From a virus (Duplodnaviria > Caudoviricetes), in IMG/VR virus record IMGVR_UViG_2974666281_000001, positions 1 through 64,000 of that record: a stretch of DNA of 64,000 nt. The stretch is one strand, 5' to 3'. Position numbers and translations under genes: made by a program. Below the pieces are notes generated by a model, which saw only the letters and a list, made by a program, of their open reading frames with translations, searched no databases and had not been told where the DNA came from. Within the stretch, counting starts at the first letter, position 1, and each line of letters begins with the position of its first letter. Below, piece by piece: positions 27,203 through 37,909 of the stretch.

Positions 27203-29911
27203 TTAGAAATCAAACATGTCAAACAAAGATGCTTTTTTCTCGTAATCAATCTTAGCCGCTTCTGTAAACGATGTCAAAGGTTTAACAAACGTTTTGTTGA
27301 ACAAAGCAGGATAGTCAATCCACTTCAGAACTTCAGAACGAATCTCTGGTGTGATTTCAGAACCAGACGGCCAACTAATACATGTATCACCAAACGGGTT
27401 CTGTTCACGCAATGGAAGAACCATAACCTTTTCACCTTCAGTGATAGCAGTAACGTTAGGCATACCTTTGGTTGCTCGGTTATAAGTCAGAATTCCACGA
27501 ATATGGTATGGGCATTTCGGACCTGGATAACCACCAACATCGTACTTCATGATGTTGTTTGCAGACGATACAGCAGCAATCGTTTTATAGTCTTGCTGTT
27601 TGAATTCATGTTCGAATTCTTTAAAGTATGTCTGAAGTGATTCTTCACCTTCTTGAAGCATACGTCTGATACATTCTTTCAATGCCTTCTGACATGCTTT
27701 AGGAGTAGAAGATTTCTGAGTTTCTAGACCCATGATTTTGAGTTTAGGTTCAGCATATCGGGTACCTTCCATGTCCCACACGTTCAGTGCATAACGTTTC
27801 TTCGCTGTCCAGAAACCACCAAGACCTTTAGAACCAAGTGGGGGACCAGAAATGGCTTCTCGGTCCATGAACATCAAATGTTCTCTGTTGTTCATATATT
27901 CGCACATTTCACGGAAACCTGAATCAATCGCAGGTTCTAGTTTTTCTTTACCAAATTTGTCTAAGAAATCGACAAGATGGTTTGTATCACGGAATTTATC
28001 TTCGCCTACTTTATCAATCAACTTATCTACACAAATATAAACAGAGTCTGTATCACCAGCGATAACAAACTTGTGGTCTTCTAATCCAACCACTTTGTTC
28101 ATATACTCGTTGATTTTACGTTCAATCCATTGAATAGCCATCTGACCAAACAGCGTGATTGCTGAGGCGTTTCTCAAATCATAATAACGGAACCATACGT
28201 TACCAAGTGCACCATAAAGAGAGTTGATAAGCAACTTGCGGTTAATCTGTGCTGTATTACCTGCAATACTTGCACGGTCGCATTTGTCTAAGAATTGTTT
28301 TAAAGCTTCTTTAGACATAGTTGACAAAAGAGCTTTGGTTTCATCATCAAAGTCATTACGAACATCGACATCAGGAACGCCACCAGAACCGAACGTATCA
28401 TGATGAAGAGCTTCTTTAATCAATTCCATATTACGTTGAGCACCAAGCATATAGCCTTTGTGTTCTTTACGCTGATAGAATACTTTAGTGATTTCTTCTG
28501 GGATAACACCTTGGTAAGACTTATCGTACATCCAACCATTTGGAGAACAAGAATATTCATCACTCGGACGAGGAGCAACTTTATTGATGTAATCATGAAT
28601 CGGATGAAGTTGGAACTGACCAGCCAATGTTTCAGGACTAATGTTAACCTGTCGAATGATGCTTGGGTACAGAGATGTCAAGTCACAAGACATAACGTAT
28701 TTGTAGCTATTCGGAACAGGTTCTTTAACGTAAGCACCAGGATAACTTTGTTTAACATGAGAACGGCACTGTGGGATTACTTTTTTCTTACTCTTAAGCG
28801 AGTTAAAAATAATTGCGTCCCAAGTCTTAATAGGACTAAACACAGATTGAATCTGCATTTTAGCATAATAACCCATTGACAGACTCAAGTTAATGAACTG
28901 CCGTTTCTGGTCGATTCGTTGTACACGTTCAACGTCGATAATGTTATAAGAAATATATCGTTGGTGATTTGTTTCACGAAGTTTGTTAATCGGGCCGTCA
29001 TAAGGCAGTTTACCTTCACCAAGTTCATATTCAGCGACATAGTCTAGAGAATAAGATGGTTGGTTCGTGAAACTAAATTTCTTATACAGCTCGATATAGT
29101 CCAGATGGCTGATACCGTAAATCTGAATTACTTCTCGTTCACCGTACATGTTCTGAATAATTTTAGACTTAGTACGACGATGAGGAGACAGACGGTTTGC
29201 AGTCTTTTCACCAAATACGTTTTTAATACGGTTGTAGATATAAGGAATATCAAATGATTCGGTGTTCCAACCAGTGAAAATAACTGGAGTCTTTTCAGTC
29301 CAAAGATTCAAATATTGAAGCAGAAGTTCTTCTTCATTTTCACACGGGATGTACACAATTCGGTCAAGAATTCGTTGTGGTACTGCATCGCCACCTTCAG
29401 CTTCAGATTTGCCAGCTAAAACAGGGTCCCAATGAGTAACAGAACCATATGGAGAATTCAACAGGTCGAACACATAGAAACGATCGTCAATTGAGTCATA
29501 GTGTGTAATGGCATCAATTGGATAAAGTGCCTGAGATGGGTCTGGGAACTCAGGAGCTGTTACTTCGATGTCACAGTTAGCCGCACGAATCAAACGATCG
29601 TCATAATGGATTTCATTCGGATAAGTGTCAGACAGATAGGCTAACTTAAAGTCATCCATACCCATTGCTTCAAGACCCATATCTTCCATACGACGAATCC
29701 AGTTATTTGCATCTCGCATATTAGGAAATGACTTCTTAACACAACCTTTACCATAGATATCTTCGTATTTCGAAGCTTGTCCTTGTTGACCATGCATAAA
29801 AAGATTAGGTTCGTACTTCACTTCACGAGAACGCTCTTTACCGGAAGAATCGATATAACGTTCATATAGAGTATCACCGACTTGTTCAATAGTCAGATAA
29901 AATTCTTGCAT
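27203..29911 (-). CDS. 43: family B DNA polymerase gp43 (unsplit)
   Basis: CDIEV, DLTSLYPS, KLLINSLYG, AGDTDS, C-terminal clamp motif SLFDMFDF. Confidence 0.98.
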   Translation of the reverse strand: MQEFYLTIEQVGDTLYERYIDSSGKERSREVKYEPNLFMHGQQGQASKYEDIYGKGCVKKSFPNMRDANNWIRRMEDMGLEAMGMDDFKLAYLSDTYPNEIHYDDRLIRAANCDIEVTAPEFPDPSQALYPIDAITHYDSIDDRFYVFDLLNSPYGSVTHWDPVLAGKSEAEGGDAVPQRILDRIVYIPCENEEELLLQYLNLWTEKTPVIFTGWNTESFDIPYIYNRIKNVFGEKTANRLSPHRRTKSKIIQNMYGEREVIQIYGISHLDYIELYKKFSFTNQPSYSLDYVAEYELGEGKLPYDGPINKLRETNHQRYISYNIIDVERVQRIDQKRQFINLSLSMGYYAKMQIQSVFSPIKTWDAIIFNSLKSKKKVIPQCRSHVKQSYPGAYVKEPVPNSYKYVMSCDLTSLYPSIIRQVNISPETLAGQFQLHPIHDYINKVAPRPSDEYSCSPNGWMYDKSYQGVIPEEITKVFYQRKEHKGYMLGAQRNMELIKEALHHDTFGSGGVPDVDVRNDFDDETKALLSTMSKEALKQFLDKCDRASIAGNTAQINRKLLINSLYGALGNVWFRYYDLRNASAITLFGQMAIQWIERKINEYMNKVVGLEDHKFVIAGDTDSVYICVDKLIDKVGEDKFRDTNHLVDFLDKFGKEKLEPAIDSGFREMCEYMNNREHLMFMDREAISGPPLGSKGLGGFWTAKKRYALNVWDMEGTRYAEPKLKIMGLETQKSSTPKACQKALKECIRRMLQEGEESLQTYFKEFEHEFKQQDYKTIAAVSSANNIMKYDVGGYPGPKCPYHIRGILTYNRATKGMPNVTAITEGEKVMVLPLREQNPFGDTCISWPSGSEITPEIRSEVLKWIDYPALFNKTFVKPLTSFTEAAKIDYEKKASLFDMFDF

Positions 29912-29930
29912 TTGATTTCCTTAGTTTAAC

Positions 29931-29946
29931 GACCGAGTAATTGGTC
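29931..29946 (-). promoter_or_regulatory. gp43 autogenous translational operator hairpin
   Basis: GACC-AATTACTC-GGTC just 5' of the SD; the T4 operator loop is AAUAACUC. Confidence 0.85.
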
Positions 29947-29967
29947 TCTTCATTATACCCCGAAAGA

Positions 29968-29985
29968 TAGGGAGCGAACTCCCTA
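29968..29985 (-). terminator. regA terminator hairpin overlapping the gene 43 middle promoter
   Basis: TAGGGAG-TTCG-CTCCCTA; TATAAT at 29952-29957. Confidence 0.75.
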
Positions 29986-29989
29986 CTTA

Positions 29990-30352
29990 TTAAGCACCAA
30001 TAGTATACTTAGATTTCAAAGTCCATTCATCTTTCTGCTTGAAAGAAATAACTCTAAAATTGTTCTGCATGACCGCTACTGTCTGGCCTTTATTAAGAGT
30101 CAAAAGACCCCATTGTTCCAGAAGTTGAGCAATCGAATCACGTCGAATAGTATCTTCAAGGTCAATATTAACCTGACGTCCGTCCATCTTCAACATTTCT
30201 TTGAAGTGAACAATATAATAATGTCCTTGTTTCTGAAGGATATGACAACTCTGATATAATACCTTATCTTTGTTATTAGCAATACCCATACGAGTCAAGG
30301 TTTCTTTTACTTTCAGAAAATCTTCAGGTTGTTTCAATGTAATTTCAATCAT
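29990..30352 (-). CDS. regA: RegA translational repressor
   Basis: PEDFLKVKETLTRMGIANNKDK.LYQSCHILQK. Confidence 0.97.
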   Translation of the reverse strand: MIEITLKQPEDFLKVKETLTRMGIANNKDKVLYQSCHILQKQGHYYIVHFKEMLKMDGRQVNIDLEDTIRRDSIAQLLEQWGLLTLNKGQTVAVMQNNFRVISFKQKDEWTLKSKYTIGA

Positions 30353-30353
30353 T

Positions 30354-30929
30354 TTACCATTCCAATGCTAGTTTTTTAAATTGTTTTTGTTCTTTCACGT
30401 TTTTAGTCACTGTTTTCACAAATTCATCAGTAACCAACCCTTTCATTTTCTTTAACAGAGAAGCAAGATGACCTTTTGCTTTATAAGTATCGAGATACAT
30501 CCGAGCATCATCAGCATTAATTGTATGGTATTTCATCAATAAGTGGATAACAAATTTGTCAGATGAATTATCTTCAAATTTGGCCCACTTACCGAATCTT
30601 TTACCTTTAGGTATTGAATGAAGATAATAGTTAAAATGGGCTTGGTCACTTAAGCCTGAACCTACTAAATTCATAGCATTAACTGCAATCATACAATCAA
30701 CATGTTGACTTAATGATGTGTCAACCCAGAACTTGCTATAGTTCTCGGATTGGCCTAGATAACGTTCGCGTTTACCGAAAGTAATATCATTAAGGAGTGA
30801 GAACATTTCATTCTCGGCTTTCTCTTTGAATGAATCACTTAAAGATTGGACTTGGTTCCAGTCCTTTCCTTTCCACGCGATTTCATGTTCGTTTAATTGA
30901 ACATCTTCATCAAAGAGACTTAAAGCCAT
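30354..30929 (-). CDS. 62: clamp loader subunit gp62
   Basis: SLFDED, KGKRFGKWAK. Confidence 0.95.
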   Translation of the reverse strand: MALSLFDEDVQLNEHEIAWKGKDWNQVQSLSDSFKEKAENEMFSLLNDITFGKRERYLGQSENYSKFWVDTSLSQHVDCMIAVNAMNLVGSGLSDQAHFNYYLHSIPKGKRFGKWAKFEDNSSDKFVIHLLMKYHTINADDARMYLDTYKAKGHLASLLKKMKGLVTDEFVKTVTKNVKEQKQFKKLALEW

Positions 30930-31891
30930 TGCATTTCCACCACTAGTTGGATGAACATATAAGTAAGATGAATTTCGATATTAGCTGCAATACCAAAATA
31001 CTGATTGCTCTCACCGACAATTTCGTACATTCGGATAATCGATTGTGGCGTCACTTTAGTGTACATTTCAGACAACAAACGTTCAATGAAGTTGCTGAAG
31101 TCATTTGAGTACTTAGGAGCCAGCGAACGCAAAGTTTTGACATCTTTAGATTTAAGAGCTTGAACAACATCATCGATTGAACCTTGTGTATTCATAACTA
31201 CAGATAAGATACCTGCATCGATTACACCTTTCTTAGAATAATGGTCAAGCTGATTAATCGTTTTACGAAATTCTGGGAAGTTTTTCTTAACTAATGCAGC
31301 CAGAACTTTAGGGTCTTCAACTTTGATATCTTCGTTCTTACAGATTGCAATTAAACGCTGCAGCATTTGACGTTGCATACGTTGTTCATCTTCTGGACGA
31401 GGTTCACCAAACTTGATTACATCACAACGAGAACGAAGTGGTGCAATAATACCTTCAAGGTTGTTTGCAGTGATAATGATTGAACAGTTGGAAGAATATG
31501 CTTCCATAAATGAACGCAAGTGTCGTTGAGATTCAGCAAGACCATTACGGTCAAATTCATCAATAACGATAACTTTACGTCGGCCTTCAATCGAAAGAGA
31601 AGAAGCGAAACGAGTTAACTCACCACGAACAAAGTCAATACGACAATCAGAACCATTAACAAACAGCATATCAGCATTAATGTCATTGCATAATGCTCGT
31701 GCTACAGTGGTTTTACCTGTGCCTGGAGAATTACTCTGGAGAATCATATGAGGGATTGTGCCTTTAGCTACAATAGCTTTAAAGACTTCATAATCATGTT
31801 GTGGGAGAATACATTCATCAATCGTTGTTGGACGATATTTCTGCTCGAACATAAACTCATTTTTATTTACAGACAATTTAATATCAGACAT
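30920..31891 (-). CDS. 44: clamp loader ATPase gp44
   Basis: EQKYRP, PGTGKTT, IDEFD, SRC. Confidence 0.97.
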   Translation of the reverse strand: MSDIKLSVNKNEFMFEQKYRPTTIDECILPQHDYEVFKAIVAKGTIPHMILQSNSPGTGKTTVARALCNDINADMLFVNGSDCRIDFVRGELTRFASSLSIEGRRKVIVIDEFDRNGLAESQRHLRSFMEAYSSNCSIIITANNLEGIIAPLRSRCDVIKFGEPRPEDEQRMQRQMLQRLIAICKNEDIKVEDPKVLAALVKKNFPEFRKTINQLDHYSKKGVIDAGILSVVMNTQGSIDDVVQALKSKDVKTLRSLAPKYSNDFSNFIERLLSEMYTKVTPQSIIRMYEIVGESNQYFGIAANIEIHLTYMFIQLVVEMQWL

Positions 31892-31913
31892 AATTTCCTC
31901 ATTTCAGATTAAG

Positions 31914-31932
31914 AAACCGGTCCGAAGACCGG
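31914..31932 (-). terminator. UUCG hairpin terminator after gene 45
   Basis: CCGGTC-TTCG-GACCGG-TTT. Confidence 0.75.
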
Positions 31933-31947
31933 GTAATTCATTATAAC

Positions 31948-32637
31948 TTAGAAATCGTGAGTAGAAGTTGCTTCCATCGCGATAACATAAGAAGATTGAG
32001 CACCTTCGAATTTTGATGCAAATTTCTTATCTTGAGCCCATAGCATTACTTTGTAATCAGCTGGAATCATTTTCATATTAGTCATGTTGATAACAAAGTT
32101 GAAATTGTTAGTTCCATTATATTCACCAAGAGCTAGTGTATACAGAACATTAGTCAGAGCAGAATCAGCTACCGCATTATAACCACGGATTTCAATATGA
32201 CCGTCAACATTAGTGATAGCCAGAGTATCAATTTGCAGACCACGTGATACACGCATCAACTGCTGAAGGTCTTCACCTTTCAGTTCAAAGATAACTTTAG
32301 CGACTGGGAATGGAATAGGCTTACTTGGGAAAGCAATTGTACTTGCATCAGCAATTGGCCAATGAATTGTAGAACGCTGGTCTTTAATAACAATAGTTGT
32401 TTGGTCTTTAGATACAGAAATTTCTGCATCTTCACCTACAAGACCAAGAATACTTAGAAAACCTGGTAAGTCGTAAATTGCTGCTTCGATATCAATCTCA
32501 TCAGAGATTGTAGATTCACCGTAAACAGCACCAATAACAGAACGAGTCATGATGAAATTACCTTTTTTCAACATGATACCTGAGTTAATAGTGGAAAAGT
32601 TTTTCAGAATATTCAGTGTGTCTTTGCTCAGTTTCAT
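31948..32637 (-). CDS. 45: sliding clamp gp45
   Basis: MKLSKDTL.ILKNFSTINSGI. Confidence 0.97.
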   Translation of the reverse strand: MKLSKDTLNILKNFSTINSGIMLKKGNFIMTRSVIGAVYGESTISDEIDIEAAIYDLPGFLSILGLVGEDAEISVSKDQTTIVIKDQRSTIHWPIADASTIAFPSKPIPFPVAKVIFELKGEDLQQLMRVSRGLQIDTLAITNVDGHIEIRGYNAVADSALTNVLYTLALGEYNGTNNFNFVINMTNMKMIPADYKVMLWAQDKKFASKFEGAQSSYVIAMEATSTHDF

Positions 32638-32682
32638 TTCAATACCTTATTAAGAAGAAGTTTAATTATACAATAAAAATTA

Positions 32683-33054
32683 TTAAGCCATTTCAGAGAT
32701 GACTTCATTCACGACAATAAATGCAGCTTCAATTAAATGTTCGTCTGCATCAACACAGAATTCATCTTCAAGACGATCTGGGCCATAAGGGTCAGCTACT
32801 AGTTTAGCACCTGCTGCAATTGAATCTTCGTAATACTTACGCATGATTTCAACCCATTTAGTACTAACAGCTTCATCGATACCGGCATAATAAGCCCAAC
32901 GCACTTCAGCAACTTTCAGCTTGTCTTTAATACGTGCTTGAATTTCTTCAGGCATCTGCAGGACCCAGGAACGACGGATTTTGTTATCGTTGTTTGGGTT
33001 AGAATCAGTACGTACGTTTTTAGGCTGAATGTCTTTAACAGTAATAGTCATCAT
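32683..33054 (-). CDS. rpbA: RpbA RNA polymerase-binding protein
   Basis: DIQPKNVRTDSNPNN.NKIRR.WVL. Confidence 0.92.
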   Translation of the reverse strand: MMTITVKDIQPKNVRTDSNPNNDNKIRRSWVLQMPEEIQARIKDKLKVAEVRWAYYAGIDEAVSTKWVEIMRKYYEDSIAAGAKLVADPYGPDRLEDEFCVDADEHLIEAAFIVVNEVISEMA

Positions 33055-33062
33055 AATATCTC

Positions 33063-33254
33063 TTATTCAAATACTTCTTCAAGGAACCAGGCGAGTGAAC
33101 GTCCTGAGTATATTTTTTGTAACTCGGAAGGGTTATCTTTGAATCCTTCCTTTAACATCGAATCAGTAACCATTATCTCTAAGTCAGAAACAAGTGAAAC
33201 TAATTTGTAGCGCCTGATTTCAGGCGCACATATTAAATGTTGATTTTCTATCAT
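33063..33254 (-). CDS. 45.2: 45.2 hypothetical protein
   Basis: synteny; PEIRRYKL. Confidence 0.75.
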   Translation of the reverse strand: MIENQHLICAPEIRRYKLVSLVSDLEIMVTDSMLKEGFKDNPSELQKIYSGRSLAWFLEEVFE

Positions 33255-34936
33255 TATTGCATCACCGTAAAGCGACCTACCTTCATCATCTGGAGGTGTT
33301 GGCCATAAGCTTGTGGGTCATGGTCACGATGACTGATAATAAACACGTTTGTATTCTGCAAACTATTCAAAATAGTAGAGATAGATTTTACACCATCAAC
33401 ATCTGTAGCAGAATCAAAAACCTCATCCAAAATCAAGGTAGATATATTAACACCTGAAACACGAGAAGCAATATCACGCCAAGTAAACAGAAGAGCGATA
33501 TCGATACGTGCTTTTTCGCCTTGACTAAATGAAGCATAACTAAAGTCTTCACGACCACGAGATTTAATCGTTTCGTTGAACTCTTCATCAAGAGTAAAGA
33601 CGTAATCGGCTTCCATAATTTTCAAGTACATATTAATCTGTTTATTGAACAGCGGAATATACTTTTTAATTATTGCACCTTTAATACCAGAATCTTTCAG
33701 CATCTCAGTAATGATACCACGATGATATTTTTCCATTACTAAAGATGTTTTAGCTTTGACAATTTTATCAAGTTCTTTTTGAAGCTTAGCAATTTCATCA
33801 GCATGGTCAATAAACTCAGCCGAAGCCTGTTCAATAGCAGCTTTAACTTTCTTTGCTTTCTCTACGGTAGAAACCATAGCGGCTTTAGATGAACGAATAT
33901 CTTGAGCTAACTTCTGCTGAGTTGAAACATTAGCCTTATGTTCATCAACTAAGAGCCTGAGGTTGTCTCTATGGGCGATTAAATTCTCGGAGGTACGATT
34001 ACATTCATGGATTTGGTCATTTATCTTAGTGATAATAGGACCACTAGAATGTAAGTCTTGCATACAAGTAGGACAATGCCCACCTTTCTCGTAAAGACCA
34101 AGAACTCTGTTATACCCACTGATTTTAGAATCAATGAGAACTACTTCTTGACTTATCTTATTAAATGCTTCAGAAGGGTCTTCGTCTAATACGATAGAAG
34201 TCAAACGCTCTGTTGCTGCTTCAATTTCGACCTTATACCCTCTAGCTTCTTTAGCTAGTTCGTCATACATCGTCTGAAGACGAGCAACATTATCTCCAGA
34301 CAATTTCTTTTGACGCTCTACGTTATCTTGATAGATTTTTACTTGTTGCACTAGACCGTCATGTCGAGTGTCAAGAACAGAGACTTGACTGTTCACTTCT
34401 CTGATAGCAGATTTATTCAGTTTGTCCATTTCAGCCAGCATAGACACTTCGAGCAAATCTTCAACGAGCTTGCGCCTGGCAGGTGTTGATAAGCCCATGA
34501 ACGGAGTATATCCTGCTGTTCCAAGTACGACAATTTGTTTAAATGATGAATATGACATTCCGATGAGCTTTTCGAATTGCTCTTGGAAATCTCTTGCACT
34601 CGCGGACTCGTCAAGCTTTGCACCATCTCGTTCAATTTCAAAGACATTAGGCTTTTGTCCACGTTTGATGTAGAACTGATGACCGTCGAATTCCATCCAC
34701 AGTTCTACCAATAATTCTTTTTTATTAGAGCTGTTTACTAATTGCCCTTTCTTAATATCACGGAAAGGTTTACCAAATAAAGCAAACGTGATTGCTTCAA
34801 GCATCGTACTCTTACCACCACCGTTCTTACCTGTGATAAGAGTCTTTTGTACTTTATCAAGTTCAATTTCGATAGGTTGTTGGCCCACCGACATAATATT
34901 CTTGTACTTGACTTTTTTGAGTTTAAAAGTCTTCAC
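33254..34936 (-). CDS. 46: gp46 Rad50/SbcC-like ATPase
   Basis: GKNGGGKS, CPTC hook, FSQGE, LDEVFD. Confidence 0.97.
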   Translation of the reverse strand: MKTFKLKKVKYKNIMSVGQQPIEIELDKVQKTLITGKNGGGKSTMLEAITFALFGKPFRDIKKGQLVNSSNKKELLVELWMEFDGHQFYIKRGQKPNVFEIERDGAKLDESASARDFQEQFEKLIGMSYSSFKQIVVLGTAGYTPFMGLSTPARRKLVEDLLEVSMLAEMDKLNKSAIREVNSQVSVLDTRHDGLVQQVKIYQDNVERQKKLSGDNVARLQTMYDELAKEARGYKVEIEAATERLTSIVLDEDPSEAFNKISQEVVLIDSKISGYNRVLGLYEKGGHCPTCMQDLHSSGPIITKINDQIHECNRTSENLIAHRDNLRLLVDEHKANVSTQQKLAQDIRSSKAAMVSTVEKAKKVKAAIEQASAEFIDHADEIAKLQKELDKIVKAKTSLVMEKYHRGIITEMLKDSGIKGAIIKKYIPLFNKQINMYLKIMEADYVFTLDEEFNETIKSRGREDFSYASFSQGEKARIDIALLFTWRDIASRVSGVNISTLILDEVFDSATDVDGVKSISTILNSLQNTNVFIISHRDHDPQAYGQHLQMMKVGRFTVMQ

Positions 34937-35952
34937 TGATTCTGTACCTCAACATAAAGTTGCTTAGATAATGCTTTCAAAGATTTAATATCTTCTTTAG
35001 ATGCATCAGGCAGAGCTTCAATATACTCTTCCATTAGTTCAAGCAAACTTTTAACTTCGATTTCTTCTTCACCGTCTGATTCTACAGTGTTATCCACCTT
35101 AGACACAACACGAAGAGAATGAACTACCTTTTCAAGTTCAGACTCAAACTTTGTAAGGTCTTTGTCAACCTTTTCAACAATAACACGGACTGCTAAGTTT
35201 TTGAAATCATCAACTTGAATAGTATCATTAGGATAAAACACTTTACGGTGCCAAGTTACAGCATTAGGAATAAAATCAAAACTTCCTTTCTTAGTGTCTT
35301 GTACCCAGAAACCACGTGGATCGTTTTCATCGCCAGCAGTTAGTGTCCATGGAGTACCGATGTACTTCACGTTAGCGGCTTCACTGATAGTATGGAAATG
35401 CCCAGACCAAACTTGCTTATACTTCTTCAAGAAATCAGGTTCAAGGCCATGAGATTTCATACCTTTATAAAAATAAAAGCCATTGAGTTCCCAGTGTCCA
35501 ACACAATATTCAGCCGATGATGTTCTAATATGCTCTAAAATTTCGGTTGTGTTTTCATCACACATCCATGGAATCAAGTCAATCAAAGTCCCGTCGAAAT
35601 CCATTGTAACAGGTTTTTCTATTACAGTAATATTTTTGTACTTACCAAGAACTTCTGTTGCCGCATTAGGAGTTAGAGTGTTCTTGTAGTGCATATCGTG
35701 ATTTCCCACGATAGTAACTAGATGAATACCAGCTTCTTCTAATTCTGTTGCAATCAGACGAGCAAACTCCATACATTTATGGGTGATTGCTTTACGAACG
35801 TCGAAGATGTCGCCATATTGAATAATATTTTTAATGTCATGCTTTTTAGCATAAGCAATATGGTCTCTGATACCTTTCAATTGGATTTCTTGGACCCAAG
35901 GGTCATCTGCTTTTACACCTAAGTGCCAATCCCCAGAGTGGATAATTTTCAT
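34933..35952 (-). CDS. 47: gp47 Mre11/SbcD-like nuclease
   Basis: GDWHLG, GDIFD, GNHD, SGHFH. Confidence 0.97.
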   Translation of the reverse strand: MKIIHSGDWHLGVKADDPWVQEIQLKGIRDHIAYAKKHDIKNIIQYGDIFDVRKAITHKCMEFARLIATELEEAGIHLVTIVGNHDMHYKNTLTPNAATEVLGKYKNITVIEKPVTMDFDGTLIDLIPWMCDENTTEILEHIRTSSAEYCVGHWELNGFYFYKGMKSHGLEPDFLKKYKQVWSGHFHTISEAANVKYIGTPWTLTAGDENDPRGFWVQDTKKGSFDFIPNAVTWHRKVFYPNDTIQVDDFKNLAVRVIVEKVDKDLTKFESELEKVVHSLRVVSKVDNTVESDGEEEIEVKSLLELMEEYIEALPDASKEDIKSLKALSKQLYVEVQNQ

Positions 35953-36092
35953 ATATCAAGCGCCGTCATCGCAATACAAAATAAGATTAATGAGATGAAC
36001 CCGTCAGGAGTAGAAAAGAACCCTATCCAACAAGCTCGTGTGAATGTATAGAAGGCCATGAATAATACGACCCATCCTAAAAACAATATCAT
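35949..36092 (-). CDS. 47-aa membrane protein (47.1-like), not in the ORF track
   Basis: MILFLGWVVLFMAFYTFTRACWIGFFSTPDGFISLILFC; middle promoter at 36114-36138. Confidence 0.7.
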   Translation of the reverse strand: MILFLGWVVLFMAFYTFTRACWIGFFSTPDGFISLILFCIAMTALDI

Positions 36093-36137
36093 AATGTTCT
36101 CCTCAATAGGTTCATTATATTCTCCTGTATAGATAGC

Positions 36138-36158
36138 AAAAAAGGGCCGAAGCCCTTT
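36138..36158 (-). terminator. UUCG terminator
   Basis: AAGGGC-TTCG-GCCCTTTTTT. Confidence 0.85.
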
Positions 36159-36450
36159 AGATTTTTTTAACTAAGATATATCCATTTGCTTCAGCTACTT
36201 TACGAGCTTCTTCAAATTTCTTCATCATTGTTCTTTTTGTTTTACGAATGGCTTCAAAGTCAGATGGAGACTCTTTAACTTGAGTCTCACACTTATAACA
36301 TCGAATAGAACGTTTCGGACCTGTATAAGATTTAGAGCAAGTGCAACACTTACCGTAATAGAATCCTTCAGGCCAATCATTCACATTACGCCATTGGTTA
36401 GAAACCGTCATATTCATCAAAAACATCCACATCTTCGGCTGATTTGACAA
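36157..36450 (-). CDS. Zn-finger protein (a-gt.2 position)
   Basis: CCTC..CYKC; C-terminal GYILVKKI; start uncertain. Confidence 0.6.
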   Translation of the reverse strand: MSNQPKMWMFLMNMTVSNQWRNVNDWPEGFYYGKCCTCSKSYTGPKRSIRCYKCETQVKESPSDFEAIRKTKRTMMKKFEEARKVAEANGYILVKKI

Positions 36451-36583
36451 TGATTTCAGTAATCACACGTTTTCCTTTTTCTGTACGATGATAATTCTCA
36501 GCGGCCTTTTCCAAGGCCTCTTTAGAATAGACAACACCATCACGATTAACAAAATCTGATTTAGCAATTACCACTTGTACCAT
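36398..36583 (-). CDS. hypothetical protein
   Basis: ORF. Confidence 0.55.
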   Translation of the reverse strand: MVQVVIAKSDFVNRDGVVYSKEALEKAAENYHRTEKGKRVITEIIVKSAEDVDVFDEYDGF

Positions 36584-36765
36584 GGTTTCACCTGTGCACT
36601 ATCTACCCACATCAGTTCTTTACGGTTGGCTTTAACCGGAGCGACAGTTGTGCCTAGAACACGATAGTGGGTCTCAGAGACCTTAACAGCCATAACACCA
36701 TCAGCCACAGATAAAGTGAACCCTGCGTTCACTTTAATACGTTTAAACGCCTTTTGAATGATCAT
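36568..36765 (-). CDS. a-gt.3-like protein
   Basis: NAGFTLSVADGVMAVK...VKPW. Confidence 0.7.
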   Translation of the reverse strand: MIIQKAFKRIKVNAGFTLSVADGVMAVKVSETHYRVLGTTVAPVKANRKELMWVDSAQVKPWYKW

Positions 36766-37093
36766 TAATGATTTCCCAAATCTGACGACGAGTGGTGTTC
36801 CAACCAGTAAGAATAATCTCGTCTGTAAACGGTTGACGTAAAATAGTACGAGATTTTTCAATCGCGTATTTGTACGCCTCGAAATTATTTTCCAGAACAG
36901 CAGTCTGAGCATGGTGGTTCAGACGGTCAAGTTCACGTTTGTTCTTACGATAAATCTTTTGCGCTTTAGCAATAGCTTCTACACGAGCTGCTTCTTGCAT
37001 GCGTGCAATTTCTTCTTGATATTCGTCATCTTGTTCAAGTTCTTGACGAAATGCTTCACCTGGCGCCAGGCCATTCTGATATTCTGGAGTCAT
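36743..37093 (-). CDS. a-gt.4-like protein
   Basis: KNKRELDRLN.HA..AVLENNF.AYKYAIEK.R. Confidence 0.8.
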   Translation of the reverse strand: MTPEYQNGLAPGEAFRQELEQDDEYQEEIARMQEAARVEAIAKAQKIYRKNKRELDRLNHHAQTAVLENNFEAYKYAIEKSRTILRQPFTDEIILTGWNTTRRQIWEIINDHSKGV

Positions 37094-37095
37094 AA

Positions 37096-37323
37096 TTATT
37101 CCGGTTTGTAATTTAATTCAACGAAGAAACCTTCGTCCGTAACCTGGTATTCGTAAGAAAGAACTCCCGATTCGGTTGTTATCTCTTCAAAACCAGGATT
37201 CTTGGGGTCAATAATAATAGGCAACTTCTCGATATCCCGTAAATACATTTTAAGCAAATAAGGAATAGCGTTTTGGTCGCCTACTTCTTCTAGGAACCCA
37301 TTGAGGTTAAGTTTGAGCCTCAT
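37096..37323 (-). CDS. a-gt.5-like protein
   Basis: [12 protein letters not shown]...IDPKNP. Confidence 0.75.
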   Translation of the reverse strand: MRLKLNLNGFLEEVGDQNAIPYLLKMYLRDIEKLPIIIDPKNPGFEEITTESGVLSYEYQVTDEGFFVELNYKPE

Positions 37324-37843
37324 ACAAAAAATCCAATGCATTATCATCTTCTAGATTTAAGACCTTTGTATCAGACCCTGGTACTTTAACTAGAGATGAT
37401 TCGTACTGCGTCATTTTATCATAGATGTCCTGAATAAAGGTTTCATCTGCTAACGCAACCATATCATCGTCACGACTGTCGTAAACATTGTGAACGAAAT
37501 AGCTGTATTTCTTTGCAACTTCTCTGCGTTCTTTTTTGATACGCTGAACGAATGCATTAAAACAAGCCTGGGTTATGTACGCATGTGGGTTGTTATACTT
37601 ATTTTCATCGAAGTTTTTAAGACCTTTAATTGCGGCCTCAATACCGTCCTCAATCATTTCTTGCTTCCAGGATTGGGTATATCCAGAGAAGTTAAAACGT
37701 TTTGAAAGCCCTTCTGAAATAAGCATGATAGCTAAACCAATTTCATTAGTCATTGGAATAAGTTTGTCTGGGTTTTCAGCACATTTCTTTTTCCATCGAC
37801 AAATTTCTTGATAAAGCTCTTTATTATTTACATAGTTTGCCAT
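37307..37843 (-). CDS. 55: late sigma factor gp55
   Basis: [36 protein letters not shown]; middle promoter at 37875-37899. Confidence 0.97.
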   Translation of the reverse strand: MANYVNNKELYQEICRWKKKCAENPDKLIPMTNEIGLAIMLISEGLSKRFNFSGYTQSWKQEMIEDGIEAAIKGLKNFDENKYNNPHAYITQACFNAFVQRIKKERREVAKKYSYFVHNVYDSRDDDMVALADETFIQDIYDKMTQYESSLVKVPGSDTKVLNLEDDNALDFLYEAQT

Positions 37844-37909
37844 TTATTTCTTCCGTCACTCAATATTAATATCTATTATATCATTCAAAGGCGGAAGCAA
37901 TTTAAAGCA

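Noticed and set aside
27203-29911. Split gp43 or intein
   Set aside because: Single 902-aa ORF of normal size
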